Assembly: GCF_000181795.1 (NCBI RefSeq)
Contig: NW_003526945.1
Span: 1,364,796-1,428,795, forward strand
DNA: 64,000 nt
Source: Trichinella spiralis
Taxonomy: Eukaryota
Direction: 5' to 3'
The notes beneath the pieces were generated by a model. It did not search any database and was not told the origin of the DNA. It worked only from the letters and a program-made list of their open reading frames with translations. How positions within the stretch are numbered: the first letter of the stretch is position 1; each line of letters starts with the position of its first letter. This document shows positions 26,011-40,306 of this stretch, piece after piece. A program made the position numbers and the translations under genes.

Positions 26011-29000
26011 GCACAAGTCAGGCGTTCAATGGCCGACGATTTGTGCAATTTTCACAATAACAACAAACAAATGCTTGGAAATTTAAAAAGTTTGGAATAA
26101 TAATAATCCATGCATGCATGCATGCATCTCTTTCAAAACTAACTGACCAAGTGATAAGGGTCCTTCTTTTTTACACTAGATTTCTCCATTTTTAAATATA
26201 AATATATATATATAGCTAGCTTGGTTGGAAAATATAAAACAATCCTGTCTTGTGCAGGATGTTTGCTGTATGCAATGGATGGGAAAATTACAATGCAATT
26301 AATAGATTGACAAACTAGAATTTGAGAAATTTAACTTTTTGCCCCCTCTGCTTTTTATTCTATCCCAATAATACAATTGCAATACTTCTTGTTCTTCAAC
26401 TATAATCGACGTTGATAAAATTGTCATAAAAATAAACGTAATGCCTTTCTTTACCCAAGTCATTAGCATTGTGTTATCTATTTGTTTTTGGAAACTATTT
26501 TATTCTTGCAAAAAAAAACTTGCAATTGCAATTGTGCGATGAATACAACAATGTATGCGGTCGGTATGTTTGAAAGGAAACTGCATCGCTGCAGCTGAAA
26601 TTGGGCTCAGAGCCAAGAAAGGATTCATGCACGCATGTTGTATGCAGCACAACTGCAAATCAATACTGAAACAATTTCGTTAAAATTCAATTCACCGCAC
26701 GTTTGGCCAAATACGGCTCACTAAAACTTCTAAATATAGCGAATAAATTTGATCTCATAATTCCTTTTTCAATGCAATTATGAATTTTTCAATTTTACAA
26801 ACAAAACAAAAACATCAATCATGTCACACAACTGATAACACTTATATTGATGAAATCTGATATGCGGATATGATAGAGATTTTATCATTAATGCAATTAT
26901 TGTACGGTAATAGGAAAAAAAATATACTGATACAACAAACAATGATTAGAAATTTTGTTGCATTGTGCAGTATTTTTTCTTTGGAAAGAAAAAAACGAAG
27001 AAAAAGAAACAATTTTACATTTAGCTTGTTGAACAGATCTAATTTCCCATAGCAATGAAACGTTTTGTTGTTGTTGTTGTTGTTGCTGTAAGTATCAGTT
27101 GAAGCTAAAATTAAATTTAACACATGATACATGCCGTTTCCTGTACATTGTCTAATTCTTTTTGTTTCATTTTTTATTTTTAGTGTAAAATATTTTGCAA
27201 CTTTAAATAAAACTGAATTGAATATTATGAAATATGTGATAAGCTGAATTGCTTTTTCTCTGCTGACAGAAAAAGGGAAAATATGATAATTGAAACTGTT
27301 GAAGAGATCATGATTATTGCGGGTAAACAATTCCACTACTACTATTCATGTTTGTTATGCTTTATGTGTACAGAGAAGATGAAGAAGATGAAGAAGAAGA
27401 AGAAGAAGAGTTTGCTTGTTTGAGCTTTCCTCAAGCAAAGTAAAGTCTGGAAAAATAATAATAACCATTATAATAAGCTTGAATCAGTAATAATAATAAC
27501 AATAAAAATTGTATTAAAGAGTGAATTTTTCATGTAAACTCAGACAAAATTTGTATAGAAATTGTACGAAACAATAGAAAAGAATTGAAATAATATTTAA
27601 TAAAGAATCCATTATTCAGGATAAAAGTATTGAAATATGAAAATACAAAGACCAGATATAGACGCTGATTAAACAGACGCTAAATTTGCTACGTTGCATT
27701 TTGTTTGACGTGAATTGCACGATCGTTTTATTTGTCTTATTATTATTATTTCATAACAAATATTTGCATTGATTCATTCATTGAAAAATTGATAATCAAC
27801 TGATGAAATAAGAAAGATTGAAACAACCAAATTTGAATAAAAATAGATCTTATTCCACAATTAAAATAGCAAAACAAGAAGAAGAAGAAAAGTTATTGCT
27901 GATTGGTATAATAAATTTTTATGCATATAAATTATAAAAATTGAAACAAAGAAACAAATAATAATAATAATAATGAAAAACCACTAAATTAATGAGAGAT
28001 GAAAATAAATCAAAAGCTTTGATTTTAAACTTTCAAGCTGAAAATATGTTCCAAATAAGAAGTGAATAGCTTAATCATTTAACATTTTCTCAGGAAAAAA
28101 AAGAAAGCCGAACAAAAGTGAATCAAGTAAATAAAGTTTAACAGAAAAACTTATCACATCAATAAATAATACAAATGCTACAACTTTCTTTATCTGAAAT
28201 GACAATTTGATATAAAATTGTAAACTTTTTTATAAAAGGAAAATTTTGAATTAAAAATATTTTAAAATGGCAAGAAAAATGGTAAAAATTATTTTAAATT
28301 GAATAAATTTCAACGATAAACTTTAGAATATGCAAATTATTTCAAATATGTTCAATCGAGAATTGTAAGTATTGTTTAAAAGGTGATGGATTGTGTTAGA
28401 GAGAAAATGAAGAAAACACGACTTTAATTTCAATACTAAGAAGCAAATGAATATGAATAAAGGTAAAGATAAAAAGCCCGAAGTGCAAAAGCTTTCCTGC
28501 ATTCTGTCTGCTTTAAAATTAAGCTGTTGCTTCAGAAGAAAAATAAACAAATAAAAGTTACAGACAAACAATATACAAAGTTGTGAAATTTGTTTCATTT
28601 ATTCCATCAGATTCCACTGATCAGTTAGATATTCAAAAATGAAAAATATTATTTAAATTTTGAAAAAAAGAAAGATAAATGTATTTGGTTTCTCCCTGCC
28701 CAATTTGCTGTTGTTAATCAAATATCATTACGCCCGTTTGTCATATGTTTCAACAAATGCAGTGATAATGTTGATTTGCTTTTTTTCAAATTGAAAAATG
28801 ACTCATCACAATCACAAATCCCTGTATAATGACAGTGTAGAAAAAATTATTTTCACGAACAAATTCAAATGAATAAAAACCATTATACAGTAATCGTGTT
28901 GAAAAAAAAGTAAGAATAAATTTTAAAAAATTGGACAGCCAACTTGAATAAAATGAGGAAATATGTAAATGCGCTTAAGATGAAATCATAAATTGCCGTT

Positions 29001-32000
29001 GTGGAAATTGAATTAGAGAGCAAATGAAACGGAAAAAGTTAAATTCTGCAATATTATTATTTTTCTTTGTATTCAATCTATTCAACTTAATGGTCAATGG
29101 TCCTAGTGGTAAACGGAAATCAAAATGAAACAGCGCTGCCAATGTTTTACATTTGGGAAGATATGTTTAAGAATTTTATTCTTTTCTTTGAAAATACATT
29201 TTGCAAGAGAAGATTTCAAATCGTCCCTGACATATATATATATGTATATATATATTTATATTCTCTCAATTGCAACGTGCATGCAACGCAATGTCGTTCG
29301 ATTTTGATAGTTAGTTAACAATAAATATGAAAGAAATGTCAAAATTGACAATAATGAATCGAAATTCACACCAGCAAATTTGTAAAATAAAATATGGTGG
29401 AAATTTGAGACAACATATTAGCAATTGATTAATTTATTTAATAGCAATTTTTAACGCATCGCAAACTTCAACCAAAATTTAAAAGCCTGTTCAAACAAAA
29501 TCAACACGACCCTCTCCAGGTATGCAATTAAGAATAAGAAGAAATAAAACAGAAATAAAAATTTATAATTTTTCCCATTTCAACGACAATATATTTAACT
29601 TTGAAATTCAGTTTCAATGATTTGAATTTTCTAACTTGAAAAACAATGCAAACTATTTGTTTTTATAATCCATCCGTGCACACATACACACATCTATGTA
29701 TACAGAACAATTTCATCAATGTGTAACAAAAAAAAACATTTAGAGAAATTTAAAATTACACTTGATTGCACATTTTATCATCGGACTATTTCAATAACAA
29801 ATGTATGTTCAATTATAATAACTTTTGTGCAAAAAAAGTGAATTCATTTTATACAAAATTGAAAGTGTTCTTGTGGAAAATAATAAATAGTGTACATTAA
29901 ATTCATTTATTAAAAAAACAAATGAGAACTGTTTCAAGTAAAAAAAGCAACAGAAGATCGATGCAATAAAAGATAAAAATGTTCAGGTTCAAGGACAGGG
30001 AGTTTCCGGTGAAAATAACCAGTTTCCATACAGCAGTCACCCGCCTTTTCCAACCCCCATTTTGACAGTAGGATAGTTGTTTTCTTGTAAAACTATTTCA
30101 AGCAATATCAGTGTTGAAAAATTGAATAAATAATTATTGCAACACGGATGAAAGTGGAAAAATAAATTGAGCATGCATATATTTACTGGCGCGTGCAGGG
30201 CAAACAACTGAATCAATTTCGGATGCAACTATGATACCTGCAGTGTTAGCATAATGAATCAGCTGCTTTTATGATCTGTCTGCTCTGGCGTCAGTCTGCT
30301 TCTTTTATATTTACAATCGAATAGATGAAAAGATTCTCAAATGTCAATTAAATTCATTAAACCCTTCTTTATTTGACATGCATGCATCCAAAAAGTAAAC
30401 GTTGAAAATGAATGTATGAACAATTTCAAAACTCACCACCAATTGTATGTACAACCATTTGTCCCAACCATGCATCATTCCATTCCACTTTTCATGATGT
30501 TTCAGTTGATCAATTCAAAAATTAAATGAAAAACAATTGCGCAGACAGTTGAAGAAAACCAAAATTTGAAATCAACAATTCCTCACAATGATAAGTACTT
30601 TTTTGTTTACTACTTGATCATTTTTATGTTAAATTTACGAAAATTACAGTACAACTAATTGAATTTTTTCCCCCTATCTTTTGAATATTTTCTCAATAAA
30701 ATAACTGCTGATGTGATTTTCTACTATTTTTTTATGTTGTATTTTTTTCTGAAATAAAATACATGCAATATTTGCTTCAATTATGTGCAATATGTAATAT
30801 TGTTGTAGCACCGTGTGTGTCGTCCGTCAGTTCAGTTCGATTGACAACTTTCAACAATCGAAATAGTTTTCAAAGATTCATTAATAAAAAGAAAATATGA
30901 ATAATATTCGAGAATAAATTGAAAATTCCCATCGTCGGTGCTGACTGTCAAACAACCGGTGCAGTGTGTCAAAATTTGTCGAATAAATAATTCCAATATT
31001 GAAAAGACATCAATTATAACGGCATGGATGTAAGAATGGCTCTCGTAATTTGCCAGCGAATTAGAAACATTTGCTTTTTATTCACCAACGTTCATTTTGC
31101 AAAATCAAGTGTGCAAAAGTGGAATCGAACAGCTTTCAGTCGAGAAAAGCAGATTGCAACTATTCTGAATGCTTGCAGATTTCTATTTTTATTGGTCCAA
31201 ATTCTTTGATTAAACGATCGTCAAACTTGGCTGACGTGCCGCACCTCCCATAGTCTGTCTGGTATTTCTTTGATTTCACAGCGGACACTGATTTCACTGA
31301 ATACCAAATATTTCCTTCACAGCATTCATTTCACAGCCCCGCCCCACCTTTACCTAATTTTTCTTCAATATATTATCATTATTATTAACTATTGAATGTA
31401 GAAAATAAACGCATAGTTCAAGCTGCAGCAACAATTTCAACAAGATAATAATTAATAAAATTGTTAAAAAAATAATAAATAAATAGAAATCAAGCACAAT
31501 TTTTCGACAATTATATAAACCAGTTAGTTAGAAGTGATGATGAACAAATGCGCATATCTTATTCACTTTGCAACAACTGACGCTGCAGATAATCTGATAA
31601 AAATTACTACTTATCACATTTCATTTAATTTTTTTAGAAAAGTAAACATTTAATATTTGTTATTTTTAATAAATGAAATCAAAAATGAAACTTGTCCAAT
31701 TGATGGGTATGAGAAATTCAATTTTTCAATACAACACCCCGAAGTGGAGTGGAGAAAGCAAATTAAAGCGGAAATAAATGTGCTCGCTTTCATTAAGCGT
31801 GTACGACGGCACAGGCAGGACATGCAACTGGAAGAAGAAAATTCTGCACTGTTGCACAATCGATATTCGTTGAAATGAAATTATTATTATTATTTTTTAA
31901 ACTAATTCTACCACCCAAGAAAATCAATTCCACCACCCCTGCCAAATTTTCAAAAAAATCACAAAGCTTGAACATATATTTTTTTCAACTGCAAATTTCA

Positions 32001-32664
32001 TTCAATTCAATAAATTGAAGTGCTTTCCAAATGAGGACTTTTTTCTGTGCACAGCAACTGCCAATTGAAATTCAAATTTAAATAGGAAACCTCGAAAACT
32101 AATTGTACCTGCTAAAACACTTTTTTCAACGACACACTTTTTTCCTTTCAAATATCCAAAATTGCCAACAACAACAACAACAACAACAACAATACAATTT
32201 CCACCTTTTCTATTTATTTGCTGTTTTTTATGGGTTTTTTTGTTAGCTTTACATTTTTCTTAAAAAAATAACTTAACCTGCGGTCATTTAGCCTTCATAA
32301 CAACAATTGGTTGAATTTGAATGATTGCAAAAAGAAAAAATCTTGCAAAAAGTATGTGATGAGTGAATAGGAGGGAGACTGTAAATTTGGTTTTCCTTTT
32401 TCTGTCCACACTATACTGATGTATTATTATTTTCGATTAATAATCAAATCATTCAATTAGTGGAAAATATCTGTGGTGCAATACTGAATAACGTTCATAT
32501 ATCCATTAGATTCCAAATAGGATGAACTCCTGGGTCGTTGCGGTTGTTATGGTGCGCGTTGATTAAGCGAAAAGAAAGAAATAATAATAAGCGAAGTTAA
32601 ATTATTGATGCAATAAGGTTAATTTTGAAATAATAATTATTTTGTAATTAATCAAGCAGCATAC

Positions 32665-32797
32665 TTGGTTCGACGAATGCAACAATCAGAAATGAGAGGA
32701 CGAGTCGATGGATAGTGTAGAAATGGTGACGCTGAGAGGTCAGGCTGAAATGGATCAGTTGTCTCGATATTGCGATAATGCCAATATAGAATTGCAT
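32665..32797 (-). CDS. Possible alternative distal first exon of the Ig/FN3 receptor
   Basis: ATG at 32797, 133 nt (phase 1), ending in hydrophobic ..HRLVLSFLIVAFVEP and donor A|gtatgc. Frame-compatible with the 22388 acceptor. Confidence 0.3.
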
Positions 32798-32946
32798 GAT
32801 AACAAGCGAAACTTTGTCCAACGTTTGCAACAGCAATTGAAAACGCAATCCATTTGATGATTACTACAAAATTTGAAACGACAATAAATGAATGAAAAGA
32901 TGAATATTTTGAATATATACATGTGAATATAATATGCATGTGAATA

Positions 32947-33012
32947 TCTATCTGTCTATCTATCCATCTATCTATCTATCGATCGATCTATCTATCTATC
33001 TATCTATCTATC
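32947..33012. repeat. (TATC)n tetranucleotide microsatellite
   Basis: Imperfect TATC array. Confidence 0.9.
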
Positions 33013-35896
33013 AAGGTGTGTGTAGGAAAATTTAAAGTTTCTCTTTTTCTTTGTTCAATTTTTGTAAAATATCACATGCAGAATAATGTTTAAGTGAAAA
33101 TCAAAAAAAACAAAAGAAAAAAAGTTGGCAAGTGAAACATATCGAGAGAAACGCGCGAGTGATCAAGTAAAGTCATTCTCAACAAAGAGAAAACGGGTCT
33201 TTTAGTAAATTGCTAACAATCAATCAAACAGCCGTGGTGGCGCTACGCTCGTCAAAGTGGGAAGAGTAAATGATGATCAGGTTCCTACTTGGTTTTGTAT
33301 GGTAGATTTGTTTCAAAATTTCCAAACGTCCACTGATCGTCTTCAACCAGCAACAGCAACAGCAACAGCAACTTTGATTATGGCAAATTTATTTGCTTTT
33401 TCCTTCTTTGTATAGCGGATATATGAATGATCCTGAAACGGGTCAAATAATAAAAACTGAAGAACAATATGCTGACCACCTGATGACCCCGAATGAGAGA
33501 GAGAGAGAGAGAGAAAAGAAAATAGAATATGCCTCTTTCCAAAGTCCCCCAAAGTTCATTACAATAGGCAAACTGTTGACATGAGAAGAGCGACCGATTT
33601 CGACACAAGACCAGTAATACGTCAGAGAAGCATCGATCTACAGAACGATATGGCGAAAAACAATGACAAATCAACACCATTCAATGGACAATCAGATTGT
33701 GTTGTTCGTTTGCTGAACCGCTCGAAATATATTATTACGTCTCCAATATACAATTCGCTTCAACTTGTTCAGCCTCATTCAATGACAATATTCTTTTATT
33801 AATTGAAACTCATTTTTTCCTTCCAATCATACCAATCTATTTATTAGTTCACTGATTTATAAAAATTATCATATTTGAAAGAAAAAAACAACAACAACAT
33901 TTACACTGATGCTTATACTATTATGGTGATCAAGAGATAATGTACAATTCTGTAAAAATCGAATAATAACTGAAAGATTAGTAATAAAAAATGGAAATCT
34001 TGTCAATTGGAATTTCTGTTCTTGGAAATAAATGTTCTTCAACTCTTAGTTGTATTTCAAATGGAGCAAAAGAAGTTTTATCAAAATAAATAAATAAATA
34101 TATATATATATATATATAGAACACAAAAGTGCTCTATTAAAATTTTGAATTGCTTCCGCTCACTGTTTGTGATAAAGAGGAAAATATTTCAGCAAATAAG
34201 TTTCACAAAACAAAAACCCTAACCAACTGTAATAAAACAATCAATCAATGATGCTATCACAGTGATCATAGTTGTATTTACAAATCACTCAACCTAATCT
34301 AATTGAATCTCTTTTCATTTTTGTTTTCTTACAGTAATTTTTCTTGCTGCACAGGTATAAATGATCATTTGATACATATCATGATGCATAATTAAGCAAT
34401 ATCATCTGATGACAACAAGTAAAAGCTATTTCACTGAAAATTTTGCCAAATCAAAGCTTAAATCACATATATGAAAATATAATAAAGATACACTTCAGTA
34501 GATAATAAGCTATTCAGTGTCTAAGCAGTGTAAAAATTTATTTCTTTTTAACACCTTTCAGCAACAACTAACAGTTATTAACACAGCTCCCTCATTTCAT
34601 TGAAGCTAATATTGTTAACATTGATGATTTATATAAAAAAAGTATAATTTAATATGTGCTATGAACTATAGTAAAGAAGAATTCAAAATTTAAAGATTTA
34701 TCAATAAAAAAACACCATGCATGCATGAATAAGAAAGAATCCGTAAGATTTCACTTTTACAATAAACTGTTACTTATACTCACATCGTTACTTCTTTTTT
34801 CACACGGAATGTGCTGTTAGATGGCATAAAACATGTGGTGAAAAACTGGCTAAACTCTGCCATCAAAAATGTTTGAACGCATGATATTGAAGACGCAATT
34901 ATATTGCAACATGCATGTAGCAGGAAGTTAGTACATTATGTTGAAAATTTAACTTATCAATTCATAAAATTGAAAACAGTGCCAAAACGCTGCTGGAAGC
35001 TTTATTCCCATGGATCACTGACCTTGTGTTTTCTTTTTATAAAACATGCATCCATCGTTCTCGTATTAATCACACATCTGCGTAATTTACATTATTCAAA
35101 CATACTTACCTGTGCCTTCAATTCAAGTGCAATACCTTTAAATCGGTTCAGATAATAAATATTTACTTTTCTCAGTTAATATTGAAAAGCGTAACATACC
35201 CTGCGCAGTTGTGCGTAACAGATGCTCGTAGTAAGCAATTTAGCATAAATCACTTTCTCTTTTTCATTTGAGCCATCCAGTCAATTTTGTAGCTCCTGGA
35301 AAAATTTATTTAAATTTAAAATTTTAAAAAATTAATGAAATCTGTGAAAAAACTTACTATAGCTTTGTGATAATTGAATAGAAACGTAATAAAATAGTTG
35401 TGATTTTAAATTCAATTTTTCATGAATCAATGTCTATCCATACTGATACAGTTATTACAAATATATTAACTGCTATAGTAACTATGGAAAACTTTCACAG
35501 AACATTAATTACACAGGCTGTGATAACAGTCGTACTGAAAACAATTCATTTCATTTAATAACATCAAATCAATAAATTTATACTTGAAAAAATTTTCACT
35601 GTAATTTGCACACACAATTACATTCAACGCTGCAATCTGATTATAACTCTCATCACTGAACTATTTTCCATTTCAGCGTTGTACATGAACAGTCCAAATT
35701 TGCATTGCAAAAGTATCATTTCAAACTGAACAATAAATAAACAAATAGCTAGAACATCGAAAAAAGCAATATCTTAAAAATACTTTACAGAAATCACATT
35801 AAACTAAGAACCAAGAATACATACTGAGAAAAAAAAATAAACATTTGTTGTTTTCAAGTGGATTATTTATTCCGGTAATAATTAACTTAAAATAAC

Positions 35897-35897
<1 letters not shown>

Positions 35898-35941
<44 letters not shown>

Positions 35942-35948
35942 AATAATA
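35898..35948. repeat. (TAA)n/(TGA) microsatellite in the APC 3' region
   Basis: Trinucleotide run. Confidence 0.9.
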
Positions 35949-36156
35949 AACGTGAGTTAATATTTATAATTGACCTGCAAGCTGCGCATAATTTCAGAAA
36001 GCAAATTATAAAAAATGCTAAAATAAAAGCTGATGAATATTAATGCAAAAAAAACATGGATATATAACAATGTTTTTAAATAAGCCTGAAATGCAAATAA
36101 TATTCCCAGCAACCATGAGCTTACATGAATAGGCACAGATAAAGAAATAAAACTTT

Positions 36157-39100
36157 TCAAGAAATCAGCTTCGGCTGAGAAACTGAACTGGTGTAGCTCG
36201 TAGTTGGTCGCTCAGTGTTCTTTCGATTGACTTGTGTATTAGCGTTTTGGTTCCTTGGTTCTGCGGGTCTGTTTTTGCGACGTGCATGCGGCTTTGGAAA
36301 AGCACTGTAAATACATTCACGAAGTTCACTTCTCGGTACGGATCCTTTGCTACTAGTTCCGGATGTTCCTGATGAAGCGGAACTTTGTGATGCGGACGGT
36401 ATTCTAGCTTCAGCAGCCTTTTTCTCTTGTAGAGGCAGTTGTTGTTGTTGTTGTTGCTGTTGTTGAACCCTACGAGCAGAACCCGTACTAGTGCTGTTGC
36501 TGCTGCCAGTAGTTGAAGAAATTTTTGCTTTATTCGGCTTAGCTCTTGCCGCTGAAGCAGACCGCAGCTGAGCAGTTGTACATTCGCCAGACTTCGGTTT
36601 CGGCATTGCAAGTTGGATAAGAGAATGAATATCCGTAACTGGACTGTTCGGTGCTTGTTGTATTTCGCTGCCTTCGTCGGCAAACGATTTCACCACTTCA
36701 TCGCCCACAGCTGTGTTGTCATATGCAGGCTTGGAAGAATTTGACTGGTCAAATTGTTGCGTTGAAACTGCTGGAGTTTTGCGATTAACAGATCGCTGCT
36801 GAACCACTGATGTCGACTTGTTCGGTTGAGCTGACTGAATGCAACTCTTCAAATCTAACAAATCATAGCCAGCAGCTGCTGGCTTTACTTTGGTTTCAAC
36901 ATCGATCGTAAGCGCACTGAGACTTGATGCGGCACTGAGACCACCACGGCTAGATCCTTCGTAATTGTAAATGCGAGGCAAGTCGAAAGCATCATCCCCT
37001 TTAGCTAGCAGTGGTTTGTTCGCAGAACCATCAGCTGGCAATGATGGACTGACCAATGCTGACTGACCAGGCGAATCGGGAATATCGCTTGGCGATACCA
37101 ACGCTGTTGGATAATAGCTGTATTCTGAATAGACAGTACTGTGAATGGATTGCAATTCACAACTGTTCAACGACTGCAAAGAGCTGTGTCTTGAAAACAT
37201 CATTGGCGTGAATACAGGTGCACCACCTACTCCTTCTCCGCTTCCACTTCCACACACTTTGACTCCTACTCCATCACCGACATTACCACTACCACCAACA
37301 CCCCCACTACTGTCACCACCATCATCACCACCACCACCATTTCCATCGATGCCAACACCATCACCAGTTTTCATCGCTTTCGCCGATGCTACTGATACTG
37401 CTGTTTGTTCCTTTTTCACCACCGCCTCCGCAGTTTTGTCCATTTTTGTTTCACTTTCAGCTTTGCTAGATTCCTCTTGAACTAGCCCTTGATGTAAGCT
37501 AGTTAAAGAAGAACGACGAGAAAGATGAGCTGGCGTGCCTTCGACTGCAAATCGTTTCAAAGTTTCCATTGGTGGCGCTGACTCTTGGTCGACCAACGAT
37601 GGTCCTGAAAACGATGGTTCCATCAGATCAGTAGTCTGTACCGTGAGAGGTGATTCCAAAGATTCTTTAGATATCATCAAACGACTATCCGGCTCGAACA
37701 GACGTCTCAGTGTCGCTGTTCTTGATTGTCCAGCTTCGTCCAACCCATGGCGTCGACTCGGTGGCGATGAGGAACCATTTCTAAGCATCTCACCTTCAAT
37801 GGATCGATTGGCTACTTTCTGCACGAATGTTTGCAAATTTTTCAAAGTAGCTGAACTGGCGAGCCGAATAAGCGCGTGCTTGGATTGAGTAAGCGTTTGC
37901 AGCGGTTCAACTGCACCAAGTTCGCAGAGAAGTTTCTGTTCCTGAACTGATGAGTTGGACAAATTCCATAATGCACCGCAAGCGTTGCTGATCACTGTCA
38001 AACTTTTTGCGCCCAAATGTTCCATCAGTACCTCGTAACAGCCAGTCTGGCGCAACACTGAGCGCCATTCTTCACGATCAGCAATACAGGCGGAGATGTT
38101 TCGCAAAATGCCACCACAGTTTTCCACAATAGCGTTGTTACCTGAGGCGGTGCTCCGTTTCAATGTTAACACAAGAAACTGCACTGCTTGTGGAACCGTA
38201 CAAACTTCCATCTGATTCTCAGCACAGTGTGAAGTTAGATTCCACAGTGCTGACAAAATGCTCTTCAAAGTTGCCTCTTTTTTCGACCTCATTGCTGCCT
38301 CAGTGAGCAAAGCTACAGTATGATTCTGTTGCAAGGCTGCTTTACTGCTATCTTCCGCTTTCCAAGATAAATTGCGCAATACGCTAGCAAACACCTACAC
38401 AAAACAAAATAAACACATTTAAGTATGCAAATTATAAATTTAATGAAAGGTTACACAAAAGATAAATTTATTTGCTGACAAATACACTTCAATGAACTGA
38501 GCTACGTGAATAAATTGCCAAGTCAGTCCAACGGCTGGAAAGACCAAACTAGAAAAAAGCTGCGAACAAAATGAAGCATGCAAAAATACATACCTGCTTC
38601 AAATCATCATCATTGGATCGAATTTGTTCATTGACGGTTCTCAGAAAATTCATATTGCCGCATAAAACTTGCTTGCTTCGTGCAGCACCAAATGTCAAGT
38701 TGGTTAGTGTCATTCCAATATATTTTCGACATAAAATATGATTTTCCGGTGGTTCCGTTTTAAAAACCAGCTGATCCATAATTAGCGCTTCACAAATCGA
38801 CTCCAAGCCGCCAAAGAAACAAGTTGCTGAACGATTGTCTTCTTCAAATGACCATTTCATTAACGAAGCGATTGCTGATAGAACCTCTTTTTCAGTAAGC
38901 AGCAGCTTGGATTTCGAAGAAGTGCAACGCTGGAAGCGTAAATGAAGCACATAGAGTCGAATTTTTTCAAGACAACGAAGAATTTTCAATTCACGATGCT
39001 GAGCTGTTTTTTCCTTCTGAAAACGAGCAATATTCCGCAAAGCTTCACTGGCTCGATGAAATACTTCAACATCTTCACTAGTCGGCTGTACAGCTGACAC

Positions 39101-40250
39101 TTCAGACGGATGTAACAGTCGAATAATCAATGCTAAACAGCCTAAAACAAACATTTCCATCGAATTAACTTATGAAGTGTTATATGAAAACCAATTATGA
39201 AAATAAAGTATAAACTGATTTTACAACAACAAATGTGCACCTTTATACAGGACAATTTATTTATTACATGATAAATTTCCAACATTTCAAATGAATTCAA
39301 TTGAAAAAAATGACAAAAAATTAGATAAATTTAAATCAACTGCCCTTCGCTGTATCACCTTCATAGTTTATTACAAAATATTGGCACCTTCATTTCAAAA
39401 ATTATTAAAATTCAGATGTAATGTGCAATAAAAAATAATTTCATTAATATTTACATCAGCTTCAATAGATGATATATATAGGAGTGTGTAACTTTCTATT
39501 CAACTGCTTGCAGTTTGTAATTTAATTAATCGACTCTATTAATTCATGCTGTTTTACAGTTTTTAAACAAAATATGCAAATCTTTACAATATCAAGATGA
39601 ATTAAAGAATAATGGCAATAAAATCTCAAATATAAATATAAGTATAAAATATTCAATAAATGGATGAATGAGAATATCAGAAAGTATCATTATTGCACTG
39701 CTTAGTCGTTGATTCAATGTGCTCCAAAAATCTGTACATTATCATATGGACATATTTATTCAATTTATTCAGTTAAAATGAAGGATGTCTAAAATCAAGA
39801 AAACCAAAACAGTGCATGCCAGTATATTTGAATTGGAAAAAATTCTACAATTTTTTCACCGGTATACAAAACGGTATCTACTGAACTTTAGTGCACTGGC
39901 GACCGTTTTTTGTTTTTCAGACAAGTTTCACTGCATTCCCCAACTTTGATTCATAACAGTGACACCACCCAGACGTAACCCAACGTTCTGACCGAGTGTT
40001 CAATAAACGGGACCCGTAAGCATGTATAAGGAAAGAACAAACATGAAGGTTAACCAAGTCAGTAGAAATCTGACATTTACATTTGCACTTTCCAGTGTTT
40101 TAACATTGCATAAGTAAGCAATTTGTCAAATTCAACACTAGAAAAGCGAAAAAAAACCCCAAGATTTAACCAATTATTTTTAACTGTGAAACTGTTTTAT
40201 AGGTTTCGCATAGATCTACTTCTCTGTCTTGACATTCTTTGTGAGTCATT

Positions 40251-40306
<56 letters not shown>

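Noticed and set aside
31260..31306. Imperfect hairpin containing TGAAATCAGTGT (minus), similar to the miR-29 3' half
   Set aside because: The seed (AGCACCA) is absent and the stem has too many mismatches for a pre-miRNA.
37145..37888. Plus-strand Pro-rich and other ORFs
   Set aside because: Antisense shadows of the large APC exon.
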